Shown one piece after another: positions 1 through 11,400 of a stretch of 64,000 bases of DNA. The notes under the pieces are model-generated. The model was not told the origin of the DNA, did no database searches, and worked only from the letters and a program-made list of their open reading frames with translations. The stretch comes from a bacterium (GTDB lineage Bacteria; Zhuqueibacterota; Zhuqueibacteria; Residuimicrobiales; Krinioviventaceae): the NCBI GenBank assembly GCA_963675755.2, contig CAXXMD010000002.1, forward strand, positions 2,385,405-2,449,404, in the 5' to 3' direction. Every line of letters starts with the position of its first letter. The first letter of the stretch is position 1. The translations under genes and the position numbers were made by a program.

Positions 1-1688
1 AGATTTTTCCACTCTTGATCACCTTGCGATACTTTATCCAGATCGGTTTCCATGTTGGCGGTAAAATCATAATCCATCAAGTCGATAAAATTCTCCATCA
101 ACCGGTCTGTAACAATATCACCAATCTTTAACGCATAAAATCGTCTTTTTTCAAGTTTCACATATCCACGGTCCTGTATAGTAGAAATAATTGACGCATA
201 GGTAGAAGGGCGGCCAATCCCTCGTTTTTCAAGTTCTTTTACCAGGCTGGCCTCAGTATATCTTGGGGGTGGCTTGGTAAAATGCTGACTGGGATCCAGC
301 TTTAATAATTTCAATATATCTCCGACTTTTACTTCCGGCAAGACGGCATCATCGGTATCTCTTGAGGGCATAATCTTGAGCCAACCATCAAACCGCATGG
401 TGCGACCAGTTGCACGCAGATCAAAATCACCCGCTTTAATATTAATGGTTGTACTGTCAAATTCTGCAGGCGGCATCTGGCAAGCTACAAACCGGCGCCA
501 GATCAAATCATACAATCTCAACTGATCACGTTCAAGACGTATCATGCGTTCAGGGGTTTTGTTTACATCTGTGGGGCGGATAGCTTCATGCGCCTCTTGC
601 GCTGAAGCTTTACTTGCATAAAAATTGGGTTTCTCTGGCAGATATTTTTCACCAAAATTGGTTTTAATAAACTCACGGCATCCCATAATAGAGCCCATAC
701 TGAGATTTGTCGAATCAGTACGCATATACGTAATATGTCCGGCCTCATACAACCGCTGAGCCATCATCATGGTCTTTTTAACACTGAATCCCAACTGGGT
801 GCTTGCAGCAGCTTGTAACGATGTGGTAATAAAAGGTGCATAGGGACGCTGCCGGGTAGGTTTAAGCTTGGCTTCATCAACACGGTATTCGGCCTCAGTC
901 AGCAATGCCAAAGCTTCAAACGTTTCCTCTTCATTCACAGGCTTAAAGGTCTTGTTTTTATATTTCAAAACCTTGGCTTTAAAAGGAGGCTCTCCATCAA
1001 GGTGAGCAAAGACTTCCCAAAACTCTTCGGGCACAAAAGCGCGTATCTCACGTTCACGTTCAACAATCAATCTGACTGCTACTGACTGCACCCGTCCTGC
1101 CGACAAACCACGCGCAACCTTTTTCCACAACAGGGGTGACACCATAAAGCCTACAACACGGTCCAGAAAACGTCTGGCCTGTTGAGCATTTACCCGGTTC
1201 ATATCCAGTTCACCGGGTTCACTGAATGCTTTTTGGATTGCGTTTTTGGTTATCTCGCTAAAGGTAACCCTCTTATAACGTTTATCATCACCGCCAATAG
1301 ATTCCCGCAAATGCCACGCAATAGCCTCCCCTTCACGGTCAAGGTCAGTTGCCAGATAAATTTCATTAGACTCGCCGGCAAGCTTTTTCAACTGTCGTAC
1401 AACTTTTTCTTTACCGGGTATAATCTCGTAACGTGCTTTCCATCCATTATAGGGATCAATGGCCATAGTACGCACCAGATTTTCTCTTGATCGATTTTTC
1501 TTAAATTCCGCTTTTTCCTGGTCAGAAAGGCCCTTGGGCATCCGATTAACGGTTGCTTTTCCACTGCTTCGTACCGGCAAATCGCGCACATGACCAATAC
1601 TGGAGACCACTATATATTCATCACCCAAATATTTATTAATCGTCTTGGCTTTGGCCGGAGATTCTACAATAACTAACGCTTTTTTCAT
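1..1688 (-). CDS. topA: DNA topoisomerase I (type IA), runs off the window start
   Basis: Manual translation from ATG at 1688: [79 protein letters not shown]. Missing from the ORF track because it has no stop in the window. Confidence 0.97.
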   Translation of the reverse strand, partial: MKKALVIVESPAKAKTINKYLGDEYIVVSSIGHVRDLPVRSSGKATVNRMPKGLSDQEKAEFKKNRSRENLVRTMAIDPYNGWKARYEIIPGKEKVVRQLKKLAGESNEIYLATDLDREGEAIAWHLRESIGGDDKRYKRVTFSEITKNAIQKAFSEPGELDMNRVNAQQARRFLDRVVGFMVSPLLWKKVARGLSAGRVQSVAVRLIVEREREIRAFVPEEFWEVFAHLDGEPPFKAKVLKYKNKTFKPVNEEETFEALALLTEAEYRVDEAKLKPTRQRPYAPFITTSLQAAASTQLGFSVKKTMMMAQRLYEAGHITYMRTDSTNLSMGSIMGCREFIKTNFGEKYLPEKPNFYASKASAQEAHEAIRPTDVNKTPERMIRLERDQLRLYDLIWRRFVACQMPPAEFDSTTINIKAGDFDLRATGRTMRFDGWLKIMPSRDTDDAVLPEVKVGDILKLLKLDPSQHFTKPPPRYTEASLVKELEKRGIGRPSTYASIISTIQDRGYVKLEKRRFYALKIGDIVTDRLMENFIDLMDYDFTANMETDLDKVSQGDQEWKN

Positions 1689-1799
1689 GAGTATCCGTAA
1701 TAATAAATAGTAAAATTGAATTTGATAAAAATAACATCCTGCGGCAACGAATGCAAGTTATATCTTGAATAAGGAGAGAAATTTCTGGTAGAAATGAGA

Positions 1800-2171
1800 T
1801 TAGGCCAATACTTGTTCCATTGCATTAAACAAACGTTCATCTACAATGGGTTTTACAAGAAAAATGGATTCGGAATCTTGTTCAAGCCTGTCTAATGTAC
1901 GCTTGTCTGAATTACCGGTAAGGTATATTATTGGAATTGAAAATTCCTTACGGATGTTTGTGGCCGTTTCAATTCCATCCATGTCCCCTCGTAAGCCAAT
2001 ATCCATAATAACAATATCTGGCCCATATTCTTTGACACTCTTTAAACAATCTTTACCTGAATTTACAACAGCAACAACATTGTATCCTTTTTCATTCAGC
2101 TTTAATTCAGTATCCAAAGCAATAATTGCATCGTCTTCGGCAATAATTACCCTAGCTTTATCGTTGTTCAT
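1800..2171 (-). CDS. Single-domain response regulator (REC)
   Basis: IIAEDD, PDIVIMDIGL, DGIE, IPIIYLT and FLVKP receiver motifs. Confidence 0.92.
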   Translation of the reverse strand: MNNDKARVIIAEDDAIIALDTELKLNEKGYNVVAVVNSGKDCLKSVKEYGPDIVIMDIGLRGDMDGIETATNIRKEFSIPIIYLTGNSDKRTLDRLEQDSESIFLVKPIVDERLFNAMEQVLA

Positions 2172-2332
2172 CGATCACTCCGTATTATTTCTATCTTAAA
2201 ACTTAAAAGTACAGATGTCTATTCCATAAAAAATCAACAAAAAACATCATATTCAAGCTTACATGACATCGAAATAGGAATTTCCTTACAACAAAATACG
2301 TAATTTTCCCTATTTCATTTTTGAAATCAGTG

Positions 2333-2341
2333 TGTTATATT
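2333..2341 (+). promoter_or_regulatory. Putative extended -10 promoter (TGnTATATT) for the ncRNA candidate
   Basis: TGTTATATT at 2333-2341 ends about 7 nt before the first stem of the structured element. Confidence 0.45.
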
Positions 2342-2347
2342 TAATCA

Positions 2348-2511
2348 GTTAGTTAACGCAAGCAGTAATGCTTATATGTCACCCCCGGTACTGGCGACCC
2401 CCCTAAGCTGGTACTGAGACATCTTTTATGCGTTAACGACTTAATGCCAAGCGTCATCCCCGGTACCGGTGACCCCCCTAAATCGGTACTTAGACGGCTT
2501 GGCATTTTTTT
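2348..2511 (+). ncRNA. Putative structured small RNA with two GACCCCCCUAA-loop hairpins (6C-like), ending in a U-tract
   Basis: Closing stem GTTAACGCA/TGCGTTAAC; AAGCA-GTAA-TGCTT GNRA hairpin; two ~43-nt repeat units (2378-2420, 2453-2495) with compensatory and G-U pairs; terminal stem ATGCCAAGC/GCTTGGCAT followed by a T-run. Confidence 0.75.
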
Positions 2512-2526
2512 ATTATATGCAATTTT

Positions 2527-4038
2527 TTAATAAATTGCCTCACCAATTTCAAGCACAATATCAATCCTACGATTTTTACGGCGACCATCTTCTGTTTCAT
2601 TACTGGCTATCGGTTTACTTTTTCCATAACCAATGCTCTGTATTTGTTCAGAAGGCAAGCCCATATTGGCTATTAAATAAGATTTGACAGCATTTGATCG
2701 CTGTTCGGAAAGTTTCTGGTTTGCGGCATCGTGCCCTCTCGAGTCGGTATGACCTTCAATAACAATAGGCGCATTGGGGAACTCTCGTATTGCTCGCTGT
2801 ACCTTGGTCAGCAATCCAAAATAACCGGGCTCAATAACACTCTTACCTGATGCAAAATTCAAACCCACCAAACGAATAACAAGGTTGGTGCCTTCGCGTA
2901 GAACAACCGCTTCCTGAGGCGCGTACATATCTTCAATTCGTTTAATCTTGGCTTCCTGACGTTTCTTGGCTTCAAGTGTCTCTTTCAGGCCCGCTTCCTG
3001 TTGTTTGCTTACATCCAGTTCAGCGGTAAGCTTGCGATTTTTTGACATGCTTTCATCGAGCTCTTTGTTAACCCGTTCCAATTCTTTGCGCAATTCAATT
3101 TTATCATCAAGGGACGCAGCAATTGCCAGATGGAGCGATTCCATCGCCGGTTGCATACCATTGTCGTACTGTACATCCAGCTTCATGGTATTAGAAACGG
3201 TTGAAAGATTGTCTTCAAGATCCAGAAATATCTTTTCCCAACTGTCTTCTTCTTTCCGGTTTTTTTGAATCAAATCCGAAAGAAAAATAGCATGATTGGC
3301 TTCGTATTCCGCTTCTTCGGCTTTTTCTCTGGCTGTAGACTGGGCGCTGCGGTCGGTATTGAGAATATTCTCAGCCTCTTGCAGTAATACTTTGGCCCGG
3401 TTGTAGGTTCGGGGGGCATAACGATCTGCTTTGGTTTCTTTGGCCTTGTCCAGGAGTAAATGCACCTTGCCAATAATGCTGGCCTTGATAGCATTTAATT
3501 CAGCTTGACGATAACGATCTTCACCATCTTTGGCTTTTTTAATTGCGTTATTGATATCATTATCTTCAATCTCTTCCATTGCATCTTTAAAACTGCGTTC
3601 TGCCTGTTCGTACAATTCTAAAGAAAATTCAGGGGCATTGGCAATCAATGCATCATCACGCGCCTGAATTAAAAAAGGAAGCTGTTTTTTAGCTTCTTTG
3701 GCATTACCAATTGCTTTTGCAAGATACTCTTCAGCACGATTTAAATTCTTTTGGATGCTTTTCACATCCCTGCCACGCTCAAGATCCAGTTTGGCTTCAT
3801 CAAAATGCCGTTGGGCCCGTTCAAAATCATTCGGTGACAATACATGAACCTGGAGTGATTGAGCATCTTCAAGGACGTGCTCAATGTCAACCAATTTTTG
3901 GTTCATTTGAGCCAATATACCCTGCTCACCAGCCTGCGCAAAAACAGAACCAGGAGCAGAAACCAGCACAATGAACATGATCAACATAAAATAATAAACA
4001 GGCAAGCTTTTGCTGCCATTTCTCAAGACTAAAGACAT
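2527..4038 (-). CDS. OmpA-family peptidoglycan-binding protein with long helical N-terminal region
   Basis: Signal peptide; C-terminal LNFASGKS, IEGHTDSRG, NQKLSEQRS, GYGKSKPIASN, RRKNRRIDI. Confidence 0.92.
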   Translation of the reverse strand: MSLVLRNGSKSLPVYYFMLIMFIVLVSAPGSVFAQAGEQGILAQMNQKLVDIEHVLEDAQSLQVHVLSPNDFERAQRHFDEAKLDLERGRDVKSIQKNLNRAEEYLAKAIGNAKEAKKQLPFLIQARDDALIANAPEFSLELYEQAERSFKDAMEEIEDNDINNAIKKAKDGEDRYRQAELNAIKASIIGKVHLLLDKAKETKADRYAPRTYNRAKVLLQEAENILNTDRSAQSTAREKAEEAEYEANHAIFLSDLIQKNRKEEDSWEKIFLDLEDNLSTVSNTMKLDVQYDNGMQPAMESLHLAIAASLDDKIELRKELERVNKELDESMSKNRKLTAELDVSKQQEAGLKETLEAKKRQEAKIKRIEDMYAPQEAVVLREGTNLVIRLVGLNFASGKSVIEPGYFGLLTKVQRAIREFPNAPIVIEGHTDSRGHDAANQKLSEQRSNAVKSYLIANMGLPSEQIQSIGYGKSKPIASNETEDGRRKNRRIDIVLEIGEAIY

Positions 4039-4062
4039 AATACCTCCCCTCTCCTTCTTTTT

Positions 4063-4458
4063 TTAATGAGGTAATGTAACTTTTGTCAAAGCTTCTCTCA
4101 AGTTTTCAGGTGTTACCGGCTTTGTTAAATACCATTCACACCCTTCATTAAATGAAGACATGATATCTTTGACATCATTTTTAATTGTAATCATTAAAAT
4201 CTTGGCTTCCTGAGAAAACTTTACCTTATTATCAGTTTCCCATTTGCGGATATGATGAACCACCTGCTGTCCTGACATATCTGGCATTTCGATATCCATA
4301 GTAATCAAATTATAGGGGTCAGAATCTTTATGTGCTTTTTCAAACATAGACAGAGCTTCTTCACCATTCGGAACCGCGTCACACGTGCCATACTCAGACA
4401 ATAACGCCTGCAATTTTGTACGGCTCACGTAATCATCATCCACAACCAATATCCTCAT
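4063..4458 (-). CDS. Single-domain response regulator (CheY-like)
   Basis: MRILVVDDD, LITMDIEMPDMSG, YLTKPV. Confidence 0.93.
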   Translation of the reverse strand: MRILVVDDDYVSRTKLQALLSEYGTCDAVPNGEEALSMFEKAHKDSDPYNLITMDIEMPDMSGQQVVHHIRKWETDNKVKFSQEAKILMITIKNDVKDIMSSFNEGCEWYLTKPVTPENLREALTKVTLPH

Positions 4459-4481
4459 TGCTTACTCCTTTCAGTTGGAAA

Positions 4482-6743
4482 TTATTTTTTATTATTGATA
4501 TATTCTGTTAAATTATTTGCTTCAGTCTGAAAGGACTGAAAATAATCTTGCATATTCATTGTGTTATTTACCAGCGCACTCTCTTCAATTTTTTCTGCCC
4601 AACTTGCAAGTGGCATTGCCGTAAGATTGGCTGCACCGCCTCTAATTTTATGAGCTTCTGCAGCAAGTTTTTTCAAATCATTCTCTGCCAACGCCTGTTC
4701 AAACCGGGCTAACTGGTTTTTCACATCAACTAAAAAATGTTCCAAAACATTATCAAGGACCGTTTGGTTTCCACCAAATTCTACAATGGCTCGCTCATAA
4801 TCAATAGGTTTATGATTATTGGCGACTGGTTGTTCTTGATCTATTGGAACACTATTGTTTTCTATAATTATTTCATCATTTCCGGGCATCCATTTTTTTA
4901 CCTGGTATACAAATGCTTTTCTTCGCAAAGGTTTTACCAGTACATCACTCATACCCAATTCTTTACACTTTTGTCTCGTTGCAGAATCTGCATGAGCCGT
5001 TATGGCCAGAATAGGCACATTTTTATAATAGCTAACTGAATTACGTATTTTTTGTGCTGCTTCATAACCACTCATTTCCGGCATTTGCAGATCCATTAAT
5101 ACCAGGTCATATTGGTTGTTTTTGCACAATTCTATTGCGTCTTTTCCATTGTCAGCAGTATCAATCTTGTAATCTGATTCATTCAAATGCTGCAATGCTA
5201 CCTGCATGTTGGGGTAATAATCATCTACAATTAAAATCCGTCCCTGTCCTGAACCGGCCGCAAGCGGCATTATCACTTTTTCTTCTATATTTTCAACCGT
5301 ATTAGTATATACTTCCATTGGAAGTACAAACCAAAAGTGACTCCCTTTTCCTGGTTCACTTTCCAGAAAAATTTGGCCGTTCATCAAATCCACAAGTTGA
5401 TAAGCAATTGTAGTACCCAGACCTGTACCACCATATTTTCGGGTAATACTTCCATCTGCCTGTGTAAAACTTTTGAAAATATCTTTTTGTTTATTTTTAG
5501 GAATACCTATACCTGTATCATGAACGTGAAATTCAATACTATGCAGTTGGTCATTAATGTTTTCAAAAGCTACAATAACCTTTACATAACCAGATTCAGT
5601 AAATTTCACAGCATTACTGCACAGATTCATTAAAATCTGAAGCAGGCGAAGTTCATCTCCCAGGTATACCAACTGATTTTTATTATTAATTTCAATTTCA
5701 AATTTCAAATTTTTAGCATCTGCAAGTATTTTAACACTCTTGCTCAGCTTTTCCATTATATGCCTTAAACTGAACGGTCTTTTTTCAATCAGCATCTTTC
5801 CGGCTTCAATTTTTGCCAGGTCCAAAAGATCACTGATTAATAAAAGCAGCATTTCAGATTGTTCCAATACTGTTCCAGCATGATCATAAATATGATCAAG
5901 CGAATTTGAATTCAATATAGATTCAGAGAATCCAATAATCGAGTTCAATGGAGTACGCATTTCATGAGACATATTGAAAACAAACTGCGACTTTAATCGG
6001 TTCGCATCTTCTGCTACCTTTTTTGCATGCCTTAGATTCTCTTCTGCCTGTTTTCGTTCAATATATGCACCCAGCATTTCACTGGCTGTCTGTAAAACTC
6101 TCAAATCCACTGAACGCCATTTTTTCTCACGATTATTGTCAACAAAACAAATCATACCATACCACTCTTTGTTAACAAAAATAGGAATTACCAACAAAGA
6201 TTCAATTGATAACTCTATTAAAAATTGCCTTTCAGTTTCATTAAACTCGCCTGTCACACCAAATATGGGATTCCGGGAACTCAATTCAGTTTGCCATCTC
6301 TGCAATCCTTTTGAATAACGCAAGGGAGACAATAATTTGTTTTTCACCTGACTGTGAAAGCCTCGGGAACAACGTTCGTTTGTTACCCTTGCACCCAAGC
6401 CCCATTTATAATTATGGTTTTTTAATACCCATACACGGCTAACACCAACTGACTGTTGCAAAAATTTGAGTCCCGTATCAACTGAATCTTTTTGAGTTAC
6501 CAGCAAAGCCTTTGAAAAATTCGCAAGTCCTTCTTCATAACGAAGACGGATCGCAAGCGCGTTTTGAGCACTTTGCTTTTCTTCAATTTCCTGATTCAAC
6601 TGCTCGTTAATATTGGCAAGCTTTGTATAGATCTCGTAATAATTTTTACGGGCAGTTTCGTATTCTTCCTGGGTCAACTGGAGATCATTATTCAGGTGCT
6701 TAATTTCTGTTTCCAGTAAATGTATCTTTTGTTTGTGTTCCAT
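4482..6743 (-). CDS. Hybrid sensor histidine kinase (GAF-HisKA-HATPase-REC-HPt)
   Basis: NMSHEMRTPLN H-box, NLCSNAVKFT N-box, DTGIGI, YGGTGLG, receiver VLMDLQMPEMSG, HPt AHKIRGGAANL. Confidence 0.95.
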   Translation of the reverse strand: MEHKQKIHLLETEIKHLNNDLQLTQEEYETARKNYYEIYTKLANINEQLNQEIEEKQSAQNALAIRLRYEEGLANFSKALLVTQKDSVDTGLKFLQQSVGVSRVWVLKNHNYKWGLGARVTNERCSRGFHSQVKNKLLSPLRYSKGLQRWQTELSSRNPIFGVTGEFNETERQFLIELSIESLLVIPIFVNKEWYGMICFVDNNREKKWRSVDLRVLQTASEMLGAYIERKQAEENLRHAKKVAEDANRLKSQFVFNMSHEMRTPLNSIIGFSESILNSNSLDHIYDHAGTVLEQSEMLLLLISDLLDLAKIEAGKMLIEKRPFSLRHIMEKLSKSVKILADAKNLKFEIEINNKNQLVYLGDELRLLQILMNLCSNAVKFTESGYVKVIVAFENINDQLHSIEFHVHDTGIGIPKNKQKDIFKSFTQADGSITRKYGGTGLGTTIAYQLVDLMNGQIFLESEPGKGSHFWFVLPMEVYTNTVENIEEKVIMPLAAGSGQGRILIVDDYYPNMQVALQHLNESDYKIDTADNGKDAIELCKNNQYDLVLMDLQMPEMSGYEAAQKIRNSVSYYKNVPILAITAHADSATRQKCKELGMSDVLVKPLRRKAFVYQVKKWMPGNDEIIIENNSVPIDQEQPVANNHKPIDYERAIVEFGGNQTVLDNVLEHFLVDVKNQLARFEQALAENDLKKLAAEAHKIRGGAANLTAMPLASWAEKIEESALVNNTMNMQDYFQSFQTEANNLTEYINNKK

Positions 6744-7625
6744 TTAAAAGATGCCCATCTCTTCCATTTTTTTCAATTCAGCTTGCATATTCTTGGCTAT
6801 CAGATCAAGCGCCTGCTCAGATAAACTCAAACGTTCCAGGGCGATTTCAAACTCTACATGATCTACATACGGAGCGTCTCCAAAACCCACCTGATTCACC
6901 TGACAATAATAATCTGCAATATAAATTGTATTACATAATCGTACATGGTCTTGATCATTTCTTGCAGGATTATGATGATTACCCACAGCGCGTGCATATT
7001 CATTTGGCAAGTTCCAGCTTTCTATAAGCGCTTGGCCAACACTTGAATGATTGAAACCCAGGATTTCGGTTTCAACAACGTCCAGATTTCTTTGTTGTTG
7101 TTCAGTTACAATAAGTGCCTGTTTAAATTCATCCTGCATAAACTGGTCCATTGCAATGATACCAATATCATGCAGCATGCCGGCAACATAGGCATTCTCA
7201 CCCCGTTCACCAAATTCACGTCTATAGATCATTTTGGCAAGTAAAGCTACAGCAAAACTATGACGCCACAAAGCAGGTCTTGAATAGGCACCAATACAAA
7301 CCTCTTTTTCAAAAATTTCACATACTTTTTGACTTAGCACAATTTCCTTAACCGTGTTGAATCCCAGCCAGATTACAGCCTGATCAATTTCTCTGATTTT
7401 ATTCTGTGGTGAATAGTAGGCAGAATTTGCTACTTTTAAAACCCGTGCGGTCAATGGAGGATCAACTTCTATGATCTCTTCGAGGTCCTTTGCAGTAGAA
7501 TCCGGATCATTTATAATCTGAATAATCCGGGTAACTACACTTTTAATTGTAGAAATGTTGGATTGGTTAATATTTTCTATTAACTCTATTAAACGTGTAT
7601 TTTTCACTTCCGTGTTTTCAGTCAT
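6744..7625 (-). CDS. HDOD domain protein
   Basis: DPPLTARVLKVANSAYY, LWRHSFAVA, AGMLHDIG, SWNLP. Start moved to ATG 7625 (MTENTEV); the upstream extension to 7787 looks non-coding. Confidence 0.9.
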   Translation of the reverse strand: MTENTEVKNTRLIELIENINQSNISTIKSVVTRIIQIINDPDSTAKDLEEIIEVDPPLTARVLKVANSAYYSPQNKIREIDQAVIWLGFNTVKEIVLSQKVCEIFEKEVCIGAYSRPALWRHSFAVALLAKMIYRREFGERGENAYVAGMLHDIGIIAMDQFMQDEFKQALIVTEQQQRNLDVVETEILGFNHSSVGQALIESWNLPNEYARAVGNHHNPARNDQDHVRLCNTIYIADYYCQVNQVGFGDAPYVDHVEFEIALERLSLSEQALDLIAKNMQAELKKMEEMGIF

Positions 7626-8483
7626 TCTTTTTCCTGCTTTTTTAATTTTTCTTTTTACCATCCTGCTAACATTCAATTGAATCAGAGAATGCCTCAAATA
7701 CATGTTTTGTTCAATATATTTATATCCCCAAAGCCTGCTTATAATATCAATCCATCTGAATTGGGATTGACAATATAAATCTATCATATAAAATTTATTA
7801 AAAAACTTGCAATAACTTGATCATTTCCTCCCTTTTGTTTGCCTGCATTTCATGGTTTACATACAGATTTTGTAATTGCGAGAATCAAGTACTATTAAAT
7901 ATCAAACATTATGAAAAATGTCAAGATAACCAATAACTATTTAACACAAAAAACAGACTCAACATTCAATGTTATATGATACAATAAGAATTTAATGTTA
8001 AGCTTTGCCAGCATAATAATCGCAAAAATTACATTATAATATTTAAAAACTTGAGTAAAATAAATTCTTTTTTCTAGAATATCCAGTAATTATTTAAAAA
8101 AAATGCAATTTTATTCAACATGTACATAAAATAAATAATATTAATACTCCAAACTTATAAATTAATGCAAAAAAAATGCCCAAGATTAGTTATTTGGAAA
8201 AAAATATGATTTTTATGTGTTATATGTAATTCAAAATATATCAAGTCCATTTTCTCAACAAATGGCATGTAATTTGAATAAATAGAAGTGAAATGGATGA
8301 AAAAACTAGTGACAGATGCAGTTAAAACCAATAAAATAAACGACTTGATCAAGATGACAAGTAAAAAAACAGAAAAAATGAATTACAAAATGAGACATAA
8401 AAGCAACAATTTTTGTAATTTAACTCAAAGAATGTCACAGTTTATTGTATACTTATATTTAAGAACCACCACGGAGTAATATT

Positions 8484-11400
8484 ATGGAAAAGAGACACAC
8501 AATCTTGTTGTTTGCTGTAGCAATATTGATTGCTTTTGGAGGAAAAGTATTTTCCGCCAAAACGGCACCTGTGTGGGTACCCTCTTCGATCGATACACAA
8601 TCCCTGCTATCACAGGTAAGCCCATATAATAGTATGACAGATACACAATTACGAAGCTTGTTAACTACTGAAGGTAAAACCAATTCAAAAAATATTGATA
8701 TGGTTGATATTGTTTATGCATATGCTTTGCTTTATCAGGCAACAGATGATATTGAATATGCAAGAAAAGCAACCGTATTATTAGATAGATATGCTGAAGT
8801 TTTCCCCAGTTGGCCCACTGATTACGGCGGTAGCCGGGGTTACTGGATGTGGTGGGATAACTGGTTCCACAGAGATCTGGGATGGGTAGCAAAACATTTA
8901 GCCCAGGCTTTTGATATGACCCGTTACAGTTCTGTCTATGATTCTTTCGCATCAGGTACAGAGACCGACATTTACAACCTTTTAAAAGAAATTGTCAAAG
9001 TTGATATGGGTTACACTTTGTACATGTTTAACTCTTCAGGTTCAAGACCCATGGGATATATCATTTTTGGTCGTGTTCTTGAAGATCCTGAACTGGTTCA
9101 CTTGGGATACTGGTACTATAACAAAATGTTACACCAGAGTTTTGGCCCTGACGGTTACTGGTATGAGGGATGTTATGGATATGGCAACATTGCTTATTGG
9201 GAACTGTCTAATGATGAATATAAATACTATCTTGACGGCTATTCTGATCCCGATGGTTATACCCATGTTCCATTTGAAGAAGGTTTAGACCCGATTCGAC
9301 TAGACAATGTAGATTATGATGCTGAATTTGGCACTTTATTTTCAAGAATAGATGATATACTCTGGTCTACCGCCCTTCCTGATGGCAACTGGCCAATCAT
9401 GAACGAAACTGAAGCATTCCCGGATGGTTACAACGGAACCAACCCCAGAGATATTAAGGTTATTTTGCCTGAATCCAGATTGTTCCATGGTGTGGGACAT
9501 TCAGCAATGGCTTATGGCAGCGGCAGTACTCAAACCCAGGCGCGCCTCGATTTCAGTCACGCTGCGGCACACGTGCATGATGATGCTCTGCATTTAATTT
9601 ATTACGCAAAAGGCGAAGAAGTTCTTGGTGGTACCGGTTATGTTTATCAGGACCGTACCTGGAACGCAGATGTTCGTAATCAGAACCTGGTAATTGTAAA
9701 TAATTCTGATCAAAAAACAGGTTACTGGACAGATTATACAAATTCTCCCTATATACCCGATGAAGGCAGACAGTCTGGCTTACCAACTACCAGACCGTTC
9801 CCCACATCAACAAATATGCACAATAACATTTTACTATTCGAGCCCGGCTACAAGGGTAATAAAGCAATTCAGATTACCGAAGTAGACGCTCTCGATGCAT
9901 ATGATCATATCGGTGTAGACAGATATCAGCGTATGCTGGCCATGGTTAATATTAGCGGAAACGATACCTACCTGGTTGACTTTTTCCGCCTCAAAGGTGG
10001 TACCCAGTATGATTGGGCATTACATGGCGGCCATGTTTCAACAATCGCTCCGGTCCATCCGGGCTACTCTGCATCTACCAGTCTCAGCATGAGCAGTACA
10101 TCTGGTTCATTTGGCAGTATCAGTTTTCAATCCAGTGCAACAACAGATAAAAACTGGTATGGAGAGTTTAATTACAATGGTGTAATCAATCGTTTTTCAA
10201 TGATTGGCAATTCAAGTACAACCGTATATAAAGGTAGAGCACCACAATCCGGTAAAACCTCTTCAGGTGATCAGGATTATATTGTAGCAAGAAGATCTGC
10301 AAGTTCTTCTTCCGATGAAAACTTTATGGTAATACATGAAACCTATACCGGTTCTCCACGAGTTCAGTCCATTGAAGAACTCACATTCGATGGTGATCCC
10401 GGAACTGCTATAGGTATGAAAATCACTATCGACAATAATACAGTAGATTATATTATTCATACGCTTGACGAAGGCCCCAGTTATCCTGAACATGTAGTAT
10501 CTCAGGAAAACAACCTTTCCATGACTGGTAAATTTGCTCACATCAGAGTTACCTCAGGTCAGGTCACCTGGATCCAGCTGGTACAGGGTGGTTCCGCATC
10601 ATTTGGCTCGCAATCAATAGCGTCAGAAGATGGTGACTATTCATGGCGTGGTACTGTAAATTCAGTGTCTCGAATTGAAAATGGAAGCAGTGAAAACAGT
10701 TTTGTTGTTAACCAATCATTACCCTCCAATGGTGAACTGGATGGAAAAACCGTCATTGTAACCTGGGGCAATGGATGGAAATGGGGTTACAAGATCAAAT
10801 CTGTTAGTGGTAATAGAATTATTACCGATGACGAACCGGGTTTTGATTACAGCGGCGGTTCAGTACAAATGAAATTTTTCCCGGCAGGCACTTATTCAGG
10901 ACCTGTAACGTTTATCATCCCGGGAACAGCGATTCTCGATGAAAACGGAACCATTACTTCTACAGAAGGTAATGCTCAATTGGCAGACACTACACCCCCT
11001 TCAATCGCAAGTACTACACCTGCGAGCGGTGCGGAAAATGTTCCAATGAATAGCCAGATTTCCATATCTTTTAACGAGTCCATGAATACTTCAAGTGTAG
11101 AATCTGCCGTTTCTATTTCTCCATCAATTACGTTAAATAAAAGCTGGAGTGGTAATACCTTGATATTAACACCCGCTATTGACTTTAACGAGACAACAAG
11201 CTATATTGTAACTGTTGGCAGTAGTGCGCAGGATGTCTCCGGAAATCCCCTGGATGGAAACGGAGACGGTACAGGTGGAGATGCTTTCCAGCTCAGCTTT
11301 ATTACAAGTTCACCACCTGAACCTGTTTATCTTTATATAGAAGCAGAAACAGCTACCGTAGTTGCACCTATGCAGGTCCTAAGCGATGCAAATGCATCAG

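Noticed and set aside
563-1597. Short ORFs 563..748, 1182..1490 and 1388..1597
   Set aside because: Off-frame or antisense shadows of topA.
2378-2495. The two hairpins as plain terminators or a mini-CRISPR
   Set aside because: The first unit has no adjacent U-tract and is enclosed in a larger stem; only two units; identical C-rich loops are not needed for termination. The second stem probably also terminates transcription.
2469-2687. 72-aa + strand ORF starting in the second hairpin
   Set aside because: Starts inside the structured element, crosses its terminator and overlaps the OmpA gene antisense; no protein features.
8155-8479. Small ORFs in the AT-rich intergenic region
   Set aside because: Low-complexity Lys/Ile/Phe-rich translations without a convincing RBS.
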